Assembly: GCA_950097015.1 (NCBI GenBank)
Contig: CATNEN010000038.1
Coordinates: forward strand, 31,062,001-31,126,000
DNA length: 64,000 nt
From: Macrostomum hystrix
Lineage: Eukaryota > Animalia > Platyhelminthes
Reading direction: 5' to 3'
The translations under genes and the position numbers were made by a program. The notes under the pieces were generated by a model. That model was not told the origin of the DNA. It ran no database searches and saw only the letters and a program-made list of their open reading frames with translations. Below, in pieces: positions 12,435-23,600 of this stretch. Each line of letters opens with the position of its first letter. Position 1 is the stretch's first letter.

Positions 12435-13377
12435 TGTAGTCTAGCGGTTGGTTGCAGTCTAGGTGTCTTGAAGGCTATAACTCCTAACGACTATCGTTCT
12501 CAGTATCGCGGCTGTATGATGCGATCTCTTCCGTGTTCGTACCTCGGGATCAAATCAAGAAGGAACTCAAACACAGTTAGTTTCCTAATTAGTTAGCTTA
12601 ATAGATCTCAAAGATACGTCTCTCTCGCGCTCGCGGGCGCTTTTTTCCGCGCTCCGCTCCGCCTTATATAATGTATTTGAAACCCCTCGATCCGAGGGGA
12701 AGGCAATACCGTAGCAACATTCGCAAGAATATTTATGCTGGTTGAGGTCGCAGCCTCTGGTCTAGTACAGGCATTATCATTAGACTAGTTGGTTGGTCGG
12801 CACACCAACCCCTTTTCTATGGAGGGTGCAGTTAAAAGTCCTGAAAACGCCTTAGTTGAGTTAGGACTCGTTCCCGATTCTACCGAAGCCTCTTTCCTAC
12901 TGTTCATTATCCCCTTCCCATTCATCGATCCAGTCTTCTTGTGCGGTCCCGGCCTCCTCCAGATCTCGTTCCCGATCGGGTCCGGGCGGCTCCAGTTTCA
13001 GGCTGGGCTGGGTTGGTGCAGGCAGCTGCGGGTCGGGACAGGCCGGGTTGATTCCGGCAGCTCCACGTCGGCACCGCTGTAGGTGGTTTCAGGCGGCTCC
13101 ACGTCAGCACCGCTGCGGGTCCGGTTCCAGGCAGCTTCACGTCAGCACAGCTGCGGATCGGAGGCGGCTCCACGTCGGCGCCGCCGCTGTCATGCCGGAC
13201 CGGGTTTGCGCTGAAATGATTAAGTGATCTCGGGGCGAATCTTAGTCTAATCTTTCTTCTTTCAGTTGATCGCCCTCTCTGCTGTTGCTACTTTTAGTCT
13301 AGTTTCCTCCTAGAGCTCTCTTGAATTCCCTTCAGATTTCTAAGTCTTATAGCGGGTACACATTTACCCGAACTACA
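12435..13377. mobile_element. Possible solo LTR
   Basis: Ends TGTAGT...ACTACA, TATATAA on the minus strand near 12665, GC-rich internal short repeats; no TSD or PBS found. Confidence 0.3.
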
Positions 13378-13507
13378 ATCCGAAGTCGACTGGCTTTAAT
13401 GACTTCACCGACCTCTAAAGACGTATAGATAGCTAATGAAAACTTTTACGTACGTTACGCCGACGAACTCCGATGAAATTAAAAATGTGAAGAATAAGCT
13501 TGAATCG

Positions 13508-13635
13508 AGCTGGGTGAACTGAAGCAACGCGGAAGTTAAGTGGCTTGCTAATGGACACCAACTGTTCCAGTCGTGTCAAGAATCGAACCTCCGACCTTCA
13601 AACCGTGAGTCCGACGCTATAAACTCCATGCTTCA
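13508..13635 (-). mobile_element. tRNA-derived CORE-like SINE fragment, family B
   Basis: GTTAAGTGGCTTGCTAA..GAATCGAACC resembles the reverse strand of a MIR/CORE SINE head; homologous to 55590-55715. Confidence 0.6.
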
Positions 13636-13662
13636 GGCGACCCAGTTGACCACGTGTATAAA

Positions 13663-14008
13663 ATAATATAATAATAGTTGCAGGAGGACTGCGGGCAATG
13701 GCACATAATTTGGTGACACTAGACCCGCAGCCAGCGAGGAGGCAATCCTGCCCATTCCGCTGACTCCTGAGCACACATGTACACAGATAATGTACGCAGG
13801 CACTCGCTCACACAGCGTCTCATCGTCAGGCTGTGTACACTTTCACTGTGCCTTGAACTTTGGCCCTCAACGGCCTAAATTGCACGACAAGCCCCCAAGT
13901 CTTCTCTCCCAAGCCGGCTGCGCACCAAATGAGTGTGGCCTTGCCTCGGAATCGAGCTCAGGGACCCTGGTTGCGGGTTTTTGCGTTGACCGCTCTGTTA
14001 CACCCCCC
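13663..14008 (-). mobile_element. SINE family A copy
   Basis: Colinear homology to 4310-4613; tRNA-like head at right, (TAA)n tail at left. Confidence 0.8.
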
Positions 14009-14581
14009 AACCGGGGACAAGAGCTCAGTAACTTTGGTGCACATTGCCACTCGATAAACTCCAACTACAAAAGCTGGCGACACACATTATAAGCGAATGT
14101 TATCTTGTAAAGTGGTCTTATCATATTTTCAATAAAGCTAGATTTATCTGTAATTATTAAGCCACAGTGAGAACAGTGAGGCAGCTATATATTATTATTT
14201 CTACACTCGTATGCATAAACAGGAATGCCATATTGCATCTGCTCAGAAAATTATGCATATCATAAGACGACACCGCTTCTTGTGGTAGTTACATTTAAGC
14301 CTACATTATGCCCCCTTCACCAGTCGAATGCCGCCAATGCTTTGGTCTGCGGGGCATTGGCCCTCCATACAGTGTGGCATGCAATATCTGCGTGATTAGG
14401 GTGTGTGAGACTTACCCTCACCCGGCTTGGGGGTGTGCTGTCAGTTTGTTTATGAGTGATTGCTGTGCACTCCTTGCCCGGATAGCTTATATTAAGGCGC
14501 CCAGCCAGTAAAATTTTCCAGACATGAAAGATATTTTTTAATCGTCTCTGTATTTGGTTCGCTGCATGCACTTGCTTCTAA

Positions 14582-15958
14582 ATGGCTAGCAACAGTAGCC
14601 GAGGCACTTGGTTGACCCAACCAAGTCTAATCAACTCGCTCAACGGTGTTCGTCGTTTGTTCTACCTGGTGACACCTGCTGAGACTATGTTCACAGAGCT
14701 AGAGTCCGTGCCTAAACTGATAGACGAGTGCGTGCCCTACTTCCTGCTCCTCATTGGGCTGGAGTACGCCATTCTGGCGCGGAAAGGACGCAGAAAATCG
14801 ATGCCACTAAACGACAGTCTGATGTCTCTGAGTCATGGTGTATTCTCGCAGCTGCCCCTACTATTCGTGCGCAGCATGGAAGTCTCAATCTACCTGTGGA
14901 TTTGGAAGAACTTGCGCCTAGTCGACCTACCTGCCGACTCCACCCTGGCCTGGTTCGCCACGCTGATCGGGGTGGACTTCTGCTTCTACTGGGTGCACAG
15001 GGCCACGCACGAGGTCAACCTGATCTGGGCGTCGCATCAAGTCCACCACAGCTCGGAGCGGTTCAACCTGACCACCGCTCTGCGACAGCCGCTACTGCAG
15101 CGCTACTTTGTCTGGATCTTGTACACACCGCTGGCACTCGTCCTGCCACCGCAGCTGTTCGCCACTCATCTGCAGCTGAACCTGATCTACCAGTTCTGGA
15201 TTCACACCAAGACTATTCCGCGACTTCCGCGCCTCATCGAGTTCGTATTCAACACGCCTTCTCATCACCGGGTGCATCACGGACGCAACGCCTATTGCAT
15301 CGATCGGAACTATGGCGGCGTGCTGATCCTGTTCGACCGTCTGTTCGGCACTTTTCGCGAGGAGCGCAACGACGAACCGCCGGTTTTTGGACTCGTCACA
15401 CCTTTGTCGCAATTTGACCCGCTAGCGCTGCAGTTCGATCACCTGACTCACCTGACTCACCAACTACAGCGACCTGAACTTACTTGGACCGATCGGCTCA
15501 AGCTGCTGATCTTCGGGCCCAGCTGGCAGCCGGGAACTTCGGCCCGCCTCGGCCCGGGAGTGTACCCGGAGATCCAGCACCCTGTCAGGCCGCTCGACCC
15601 GGCCGTCCCAGGATGGATCAAGGCCTACGCTACGCTGCACTTCCTGGCAGCGCTGGCAGGCTACGGCTATCTGACGGCGCACAGGTCGCAACCGGAACTG
15701 CTGGCTGTTGGCTGCGCTGCCATCGTCTGGTCCCTAACTAGCATTGGTCGCCTACTGGAAGGCCGCGAGATTGCAACTCTTGTCAAGTTTGAACTGACGC
15801 GATGCTTCTCCATGGCTATTGGATGCTCCTTGATGCTTGGCCCTTCAATGATCTGCAGCCTGCCCATCGCGCTGTACGCAACTTCGGCAACCCTTTGGCT
15901 TGCGATGGGCACGCAAAGCTGTGCCCTGACATTGAACTCATTCTACAAGTCATGCTAG
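14582..15958 (+). CDS. AGMO: Alkylglycerol monooxygenase (fatty acid hydroxylase family), single exon, 458 aa
   Basis: His motifs YWVHRATHE, WASHQVHHSSE, QFWIHT, NTPSHHRVHHGRN..CIDRNYGGVLILFDRLFGTF; AGMO-type N-terminus LFYLVTP.ET.F. Confidence 0.93.
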   Translation: MASNSSRGTWLTQPSLINSLNGVRRLFYLVTPAETMFTELESVPKLIDECVPYFLLLIGLEYAILARKGRRKSMPLNDSLMSLSHGVFSQLPLLFVRSMEVSIYLWIWKNLRLVDLPADSTLAWFATLIGVDFCFYWVHRATHEVNLIWASHQVHHSSERFNLTTALRQPLLQRYFVWILYTPLALVLPPQLFATHLQLNLIYQFWIHTKTIPRLPRLIEFVFNTPSHHRVHHGRNAYCIDRNYGGVLILFDRLFGTFREERNDEPPVFGLVTPLSQFDPLALQFDHLTHLTHQLQRPELTWTDRLKLLIFGPSWQPGTSARLGPGVYPEIQHPVRPLDPAVPGWIKAYATLHFLAALAGYGYLTAHRSQPELLAVGCAAIVWSLTSIGRLLEGREIATLVKFELTRCFSMAIGCSLMLGPSMICSLPIALYATSATLWLAMGTQSCALTLNSFYKSC

Positions 15959-16242
15959 ACAATCATAATATTCTTTGCTCATAAAGATTATCCAACGACT
16001 AAAATGAAAGCATGCCAAAAGCTCTGGGAATTCTCATTGTGTATATATTTCAAAACTTGAGACCATCTTGAGAGCTCTGTGAATAGCCATGTGGGTGAGA
16101 GAGCCATTTTTTTGCATAAGGATTTCTCAGTTTCCTTGCCGTAATTGCATGCAACAATAAGAATCTGTGTAAAAATACCATGATCGATTTTGCAATTGTA
16201 AATATACTCAACAGCTTCTGAACAAAAAGTTGTCGCGAATTT

Positions 16243-17471
16243 TTAACTCTTGACAAAAGTCAAAATCCACCGAATTTGCTGTTTGGGTCGTCTGCAGACC
16301 AGCCGCAGAGCGCAGGCTATGGACAAGACAAAGACTCTAAGACAAAGACTCCAAGACAAAGAATGCGCTGAGCCTGTTAGCCAGGGCGATGTAGCCCAAT
16401 GTTCCCAAGCGTTCGTAGGAGCTCTGCGACATTGTGCTGAAGACCAGGCTCTTGTACACCGCAGTCCAAATGCTGACCAGGTGAGTCTGAGCGTCATGGT
16501 TGAGGCTTGGTTCGCACGGAATTATCGCGGCGATGATCCAAGAGCACAGCACAATGACGGTGAAGATAACCATCATGAACGCGCTGAACACAATCCCAGT
16601 CTTCCATACGAGGCAAATGTGGTCGGCCACTAGCGTCCAATTGAAAATTGGGGTGAATAGTGTCACCCAGCAGCTGATGATCACCAGGATGGTCGACGAA
16701 GTAGATCTCTCTGCTGACCACGCTGCTCCTCCAGAATTATTCTTCGAATCTGCCTGGCAACTGGTCCATGGACTTGGACAAATTAGCAAAGCAATAGTGC
16801 AAAGTTGCGATGTTGAGAAGCATGATGATTGACTGCATGGGTGAACTTTGACTCGACCAAGGTGTAGCTCAGAAACAGTCTCCAGGTGGACTTGCCACAT
16901 CTAGCTAATATCAGGTACGTAGAAACTGCAATGAACACCAAGAATGCGTCGGTGCTGATGATGACAATGGCCATGAATGACAAGCTTCTCACTACGGAAG
17001 CAACGCAGAGGGGAGTAGAGAAGACGCGAAATATCTGCAGCATGGCGCAGTCTTGCGTTGCGTTTCTGCCAAGAGCCTCCGAGAAGCTGGACCCAAAGTA
17101 CAGAGTCCTATAGATGCTCACGGTACCAAAGATTAGGAAGACGCACTTGAAAATGAACACGCCAATAATCTTAGTTGCAATGGGAAGCCGGTAACCGGCT
17201 GACCATGTGCCTAGTCCACCTGCTGATTGGGCCCGAATCCAGAAATTGTTTCGCAGAAAGCTACCTCAACAACGGTGCATTGTTGCTCGAGTAGCGATAA
17301 CAGCCTAATCGAACTGTTTTCAGTCTGCAGATCTTCAACAGGCCTGGACAATCGGAGCAGAAGAACTTCGCTAGAGTGCCAGACCCTGCCGGACTCAAGC
17401 ATCAGCTTCTTGAGCTGGAGTACATCATCTCTGTGTAGAACGTTGAGCAGTATGGACTCCATTGACTCCAA
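16243..17471 (-). pseudogene. Frameshifted TRP (TRPM/TRPC-like) channel transmembrane region
   Basis: Successive frames (17471-17211, ~17260-16783, 16900-16337, ~16340-16243) give TVVEVA...NQQV/LGTWSAG, FSTPLCV..LSFM, several TM helices and pore-helix-like SIWTAVYKSLVF; needs at least two frameshifts; family call from motif recall only. Confidence 0.4.
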
Positions 17472-17797
17472 CCAGATGCTCAGCTATAGACTCAGTGTAG
17501 TTTTGAGTAGATATACACACCAGGCTTATCTCTACCGGCTCTGAGCATTTCGGAGCACATTTTTCTGAATTAATTAACCCCGATAAAGGTCAGGAATTGT
17601 GTTTGCGATGGACAATAAATATTGGCTGCGTATCTAATCTCGATGGGAAATATTTCCTTGGAGTTGAAAATGCTTCATTCCATCAAATACTATGCCGCAA
17701 TATTAAGTACTCAAAAGAATTCACTGAACACTGCATATTCCAAGCGCAAAAATGCTGAATTGTTATCAATAAGATCTTTCAGTTCCTTTGTGTAAAC

Positions 17798-18403
17798 CAG
17801 GGGTCGGCAAACTCCGGCCCGCGGGACAGATGCGGCCCTCGAAGCTCCCAAATCCGGCCCGTTGCCCATTCCGACAACTACAGTATCCTGTCTCGTCTCT
17901 CCGCTGTAATATCTCTCCCCTGTCTCATCGCTCCCCTGTCCCCTGTGTCATTTCTCTCCCGTGTCTCATCTCTCCCGTGTCTCATCTCTCCCGTGTCTCA
18001 TCTCTCCCGTGTCTTATCTCTCCCGTGTCTCATCTCTCCCGTGTCTCAGCTCTCCCCTGTCTCAACTCTCCCGCGTCTTATCTCTCCTGTGTCTTATCTC
18101 TCCCGTGTCTTATCTCTCCCGTGTCTCATCTCTCCCCTGTCTCATCGCTCCCCATGTCTCATCTCTCCCCGTGTCTCATCTCTCCCGTGTCTCATCTCAC
18201 CTGTGTCTCATCTCTCCTGTGTCTCATCTCTCCCGTGTCTCATCTCTCCCCTGTCTCAACTCTCCCGCGTCTTATCTCTCCCGTGTCTCATCTCTCCCGT
18301 GTCTCATCTCTACATTGTCTCATATTTTTACAGTCAATGCGGCCCGCTGTCGTCTTTTAGGTTCTCTATTTGGCCCGCTAGCTAATAAGTTTGCCGACCC
18401 CTG
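17798..18403. mobile_element. hAT (Charlie-like) MITE with an internal 16-bp minisatellite
   Basis: Perfect TIR CAGGGGTCGGCAAAC/GTTTGCCGACCCCTG; subterminal CGGCCC motifs; 8-bp TSD GTGTAAAC/GTATAAAC; (GTGTCTCATCTCTCCC)n at ~17905-18310. Confidence 0.88.
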
Positions 18404-18744
18404 GTATAAACAATTCAAGTCAGCATGCCCCTTGGAAAACTTTATAACTTTGCACTGTACAAAGTCCAGGGTACATCGGTCACAGAATATCTTCACTGCG
18501 CTGGAAGATTTAAAAAGTTTTGTGCTATTTTTTCATCATTCACGTGAACTATATCCATCGGAAATTATAAGAAATGAAAAAAATTATTCCATGAAAACCG
18601 GCATTTCTTTTCAATTCAAGCGTACTTTCATGTGGAAAACAAAAATAAACTTCTAACGATTTTGATGTCAAATAACAAAGTTTAAACAGGTCAGCAAAAT
18701 GCACGTGAAGCGGTTCCAGTTGGGAGTCACGAATAATCATTGAG

Positions 18745-20130
18745 CTGTTCAACAGGTTAGACAACTGCAGGATAACAGGTCAGAATTCTGCCTTACAGGT
18801 TAGACTCCTGACTAACAGGTTAGACTCCTCTCTAAGAGGTTATACTTGTGTCTAACAGGTAAGAGTCCTCTCTAACAGGTTAGAAAACTTTCTAACAGGT
18901 TAGAAAACTCTTCAACGGGTTAGAAAACTCTCTAACATGTTAGAAAACTCTCTAACAGGTTAGAAAACTCTCTAACATGTTAGAAAACTCTCTAACAGGT
19001 TAGAAAACTCTCCAACAGGTTAGAAAACTCTCTAACAGGTTAGACTCCTATCTAACAGGTTAGACTCCTCTCTAACAGGTTAGACTCCTATCTAACGGGT
19101 TAGACTCCTCTCTAACAGGTTAGACTCCTATCTAACAGGTTAGACTCCTCTCTAACAGGTTAGACTCCTATCTAACGGGTTAGACTCCTCTCTAAAAGGT
19201 TAGACTCCTATCTAACAGGTTAGACTCCTCTCTAACGGGTTAGACTCCTCTCTAACAGGTTAGACTCCTGTCTAACAGGTTAGACTCCTCTAACAGGTTA
19301 GACTCCTATCTAACGGGTTAGACTCCTCTCTAACAGGTTAGACTCCTCTCTAACAGGTTAGACTCCTATCTAACAGGTTAGACTCCTATCTAACGGGCTA
19401 GACTCCTGTCTAACAGGTTAGACTCCTGTCTAACAGGTTAGACTCCTATCTAACAGGTTAGACTCCTCTCTAACAGGTTAGACTCCTCTCTAACAGGTTA
19501 GACTCCTCTAACAGGTTAGACTCCTCTCTAACGGGTGAGACTCCTCTCTAACAGGTTAGACTCCTATCTAACGGGTTAGACTCCTCTCTAAAAGGTTAGA
19601 CTCCTATCTAAAAGGTTAGACTCCTATCTAACGGGTTAGACTCCTCTCTAACGGGTTAGACTCCTGTCTAACAGGTTAGACTCCTGTCTAACAGGTTAGA
19701 CTCCTCTAACAGGTTAGACTCCTATCTAACGGGTTAGACTCCTCTCTAACAGGTTAGACTCCTATCTAACAGGTTAGACTTCTATCTAACGGGCTAGACT
19801 CCTGTCTAACAGGTTAGACTCCTCTCTAACAGGTTAGACTCCTCTCTAACAGGTTAGACTCCTATCTAACAGTTTAGACTCCTATCTAACAGGTTAGACT
19901 CCTCTCTAACAGGTTAGACTCCTGTCTAACAGGTTAGACTCCTCTAACAGGTTAGACTCCTATCTAACGGGTTAGACTCCTCTCTAACGGGTTAGACTCC
20001 TCTCTAACAGGTTAGACTCCTATCTAACAGGTTAGACTCCTCTCTAACAGGTTAGACTCCTATCTAACGGGCTAGACTCCTGTCTAACAGGTTAGACTCC
20101 TCTCTAGCAGGTTAGACTCCTCTCTAGCAC
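18745..20130. repeat. 20-bp minisatellite (TCTAACAGGTTAGACTCCTN) upstream of the ACO1 start codon
   Basis: About 65 copies; unit contains IR TCTAAC-NN-GTTAGA. Confidence 0.96.
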
Positions 20131-20651
20131 TGGTTAGGGCTGCTTCACATATAAAAAGGCATATTAACGTCTGTCTAGCATAAGTTTCATTGGTACACTG
20201 ACATAGGCTCGAGCATGTAAGGAGGCATTTCCATATACACTTCTACTGACCACACGGGTCTAAAGATAAGATTCATTTTAAAGACAGTATGGACAGACAC
20301 TTCATTGCCAGCTGTACAGTCAAAGATACGAAATTCCATTCCTATTCCCAACCAATCTAAAAGATCGTAGCTATGTACATAGAGAGGAGGAGGTTGTCCG
20401 TACAGTCGCAATGTACATAGAGTTTTGCCTGGCCAAGTCCAAAAGCCTTAATTATTCAATGGAGAATGGAAATTCCCCGAAAACTCATGGACTATTGAAC
20501 CAAAAACATGCTATTGAAGAGATAAGGCTCAATTCTTTTAATCTCTTTCTCTATTAGATTTCTCTCTACCGCAAGCTCAACAAATTCATTCTAAAATTGT
20601 ATTGTATTTTTTTTGTGTTTGTCAGAAGAAACCCAAATAGAGGAAGTCATC

Positions 20652-23600
20652 ATGTACAAGGCCACTCTGGAGCATGAAGGCCAGACGTACACCTATCATG
20701 ATATTGGCCAGATTGGTAAAGATCGCCTCAATAAGCTGCCGTTTTCAATTCGAGTTCTGCTAGAGAGTGCCGCTAGAAACTGCGATGGTTTTCAGGTAAG
20801 TACTGTGCTAATCTAATTATGAGTAGAGTCGTGTCTAACAGCCTAGCTAGAGTCGTGTCTAACAGCCCAGCTAGAGTCGTGTCTAACAGCCTAGCTAGAG
20901 TCGTGTCTAACAGCCTAGCTAGAGTCGTGTCTAACAGCCTAGCTAGAGTCGTGTCTAACAGCCTAGCTAGAGTCGTGTCTAACAGCCCAGCTAGAGTCGT
21001 GTCTAACAGCCTAGCTAGAGTCGTGTCTAACAGCCCAGCTAGAGTCGTGTCTAACAGCCCAGCTAGAGTCGTGTCTAACAGCCTAGCTAGAGTCGTGTCT
21101 AACAGCCTAGCTAGAGTCGTGTCTAACAGCCCAGCTAGAGTCGTGTCTAACAGCCTAGCTAGAGTCGTGTCTAACAGCCTAGCTAGAGTCGTGTCTAACA
21201 GCCTAGCTAGAGTCGTGTCTAACAGCCCAGCTAGAGTCGTGTCTAACAGCCTAGCTAGAGTCGTGTCTAACAGCCTAGCTAGAGTCGTGTCTAACAGCCT
21301 AGCTAGAGTCGTGTCTAACAGCCCAGCTAGAGTCGTGTCTAACAGCCTAGCTAGAGTCGTGTCTAACAGCCTAGCTAGAGTCGTGTCTAACAGCCTAGCT
21401 AGAGTCGTGTCTAACAGCCTAGCTAGAGTCGTGTCTAACAGCCTAGATTCCTGTCTAACAGCCTAGCTAGAGTCGTGTCTAACAGCCTAGCTAGAGTCGT
21501 GTCTAACAGCCTAGCTAGAGTCGTGTCTAACAGCCCAGCTAGAGTCGTGTCTAACAGCCTAGCTAGAGTCGTGTCTAACAGCCTAGCTAGAGTCGTGTCT
21601 AACAGCCTAGCTAGAGTCGTGTCTAACAGCCTAGCTAGAGTCGTGTCTAACAGCCCAGCTAGAGTCGTGTCTAACAGCCTAGCTAGAGTCGTGTCTAACA
21701 GCCTAGCTAGAGTCGTGTCTAACAGCCTAGCTAGAGTCGTGTCTAACAGCCTAGCTAGAGTCGTGTCTAACAGCCTAGCTAGAGTCGTGTCTAACAGCCT
21801 AGCTAGAGCCGTGTCTAACAGCCTAGCTAGAGTCGTGTCTAACAGCCTAGCTAGAGTCGTGTCTAACAGCCTAGCTAGAGTCGTGTCTAACAGCCTAGCT
21901 AGAGTCGTGTCTAACAGCCTAGCTAGAGTCGTGTCTAACAGCCTAGCTAGAGTCGTGTCTAACAGCCTAGCTAGAGTCGTGTCTAACAGCCTAGCTAGAG
22001 CCGTGTCTAACAGCCTAGCTAGAGTCGTGTCTAACAGCCTAGCTAGAGTCGTGTCTAACAGCCTAGCTAGAGTCGTGTCTAACAGCCTAGCTAGAGTCGT
22101 GTCTAACAGCCTAGCTAGAGTCGTGTCTAACAGCCTAGCTAGAGTCGTGTCTAACAGCCTAGCTAGAGTCGTGTCTAACAGCCTAGCTAGAGTCGTGTCT
22201 AACAGCCTAGCTAGAGTCGTGTCTAACAGCCTAGCTAGAGTCGTGTCTAACAGCCTAGCTAGAGTCGTGTCTAACAGCCTAGCTAGAGTCGTGTCTAACA
22301 GCCTAGCTAGAGTCGTGTCTAACAGCCTAGCTAGAGTCGTGTCTAACAGCCTAGCTAGAGTCGTGTCTAACAGCCTAGCTAGAGTCGTGTCTAACAGCCT
22401 AGCTAGAGTCGTGTCTAACAGCCTAGCTAGAGTCGTGTCTAACAGCCTAGCTAGAGTCGTGTCTAACAGCCCAGCTAGAGTCGTGTCTAACAGCCTAGCT
22501 AGAGTCGTGTCTAACAGCCTAGCTAGAGTCGTGTCTAACAGCCTAGCTAGAGTCGTGTCTAACAGCCTAGCTAGAGTCGTGTCTAACAGCCTAGATTCCT
22601 GTCTAACATTTTAAACCTTCTTAAACAGATTGAGTAATGCCTAACTTGTAAGCACTGTACCATCGCCTTTTGCCGTTCTCGCCATCCAGGTAACGGAAGC
22701 CGACGTTGAAAAAGTGGCCTCATGGTCGGCCGCGGCGGCCAGCGCAGTCGAGGTGCCGTTCAAGCCAGCTCGGGTTCTGCTACAAGACTTCACCGGAGTG
22801 CCAGCCGTGGTGGACTTTGCGGCCATGCGCGACGCTGTGAAATCTCTGGGCGGAGATCCGCAAAGAATCAATCCGCAATGCCCTGCTGACCTGGTCATTG
22901 ATCACTCCATCCAAGTGAGCTATCTAACTGCTTTCAGGCTAGTCTAGGCAGTTTAGCAAGTTCTAATACCTGTCTAACTAGTTCCAGTCCTGTCTAACTA
23001 GTTCCAGTCCTGTCTAACTAGTTCCAGTCCTGTCTAACTAGTTCCAGTCCTGTCTAACTAGTTCCAGTCCTGTCTAACTAGTTCCAGTCCTGTCTAACTA
23101 GTTCCAGTCCTGTCTAACAAGTTCCAGTCCTGTCTAACTAGTTCCAGTCCTGTCTAACTAGTTCCAGTCCTGTCTAACTAGTTCCAGTCCTGTCTAACTA
23201 GTTCCAGTCCTGTCTAACAAGTTCCAGTCCTATCTAACTAGTTCCAGTCCTGTCTAACTAGTTCCAGTCCTGTCTAACTAGTTCCAGTCCTGTCTAACTA
23301 GTTCCAGTCCTGTCTAACTAGTTCCAGTCCTGTCTAACTAGTTCCAGTCCTGTCTAACTAGTTCCAGTCCTGTCTAACTAGTTCCAGTCCTGTCTAACTA
23401 GTTCCAGTCCTGTCTAACAAGTTCCAGTCCTATCTAACTAGTTCCAGTCCTGTCTAACTAGTTCCAGTCCTGTCTAACTAGTTCCAGTCCTGTCTAACTA
23501 GTTCCAGTCCTGTCTAACTAGTTCCAGTCCTGTCTAACAAGTTCCAGTCCTATCTAACTAGTTCCAGTCCTGTCTAACTAGTTCCAGTCCTGTCTAACTA

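Noticed and set aside
20819-22614. Long ORFs (RVVSNSLA)n and the other repeat-derived ORFs at 0.3-1.3, 17.8-18.6, 29.8-30.7, 35-39, 43-46 and 60.5-61.1 kb
   Set aside because: Translations of stop-free tandem units lying in introns of genes whose exons join cleanly without them, or inside a MITE
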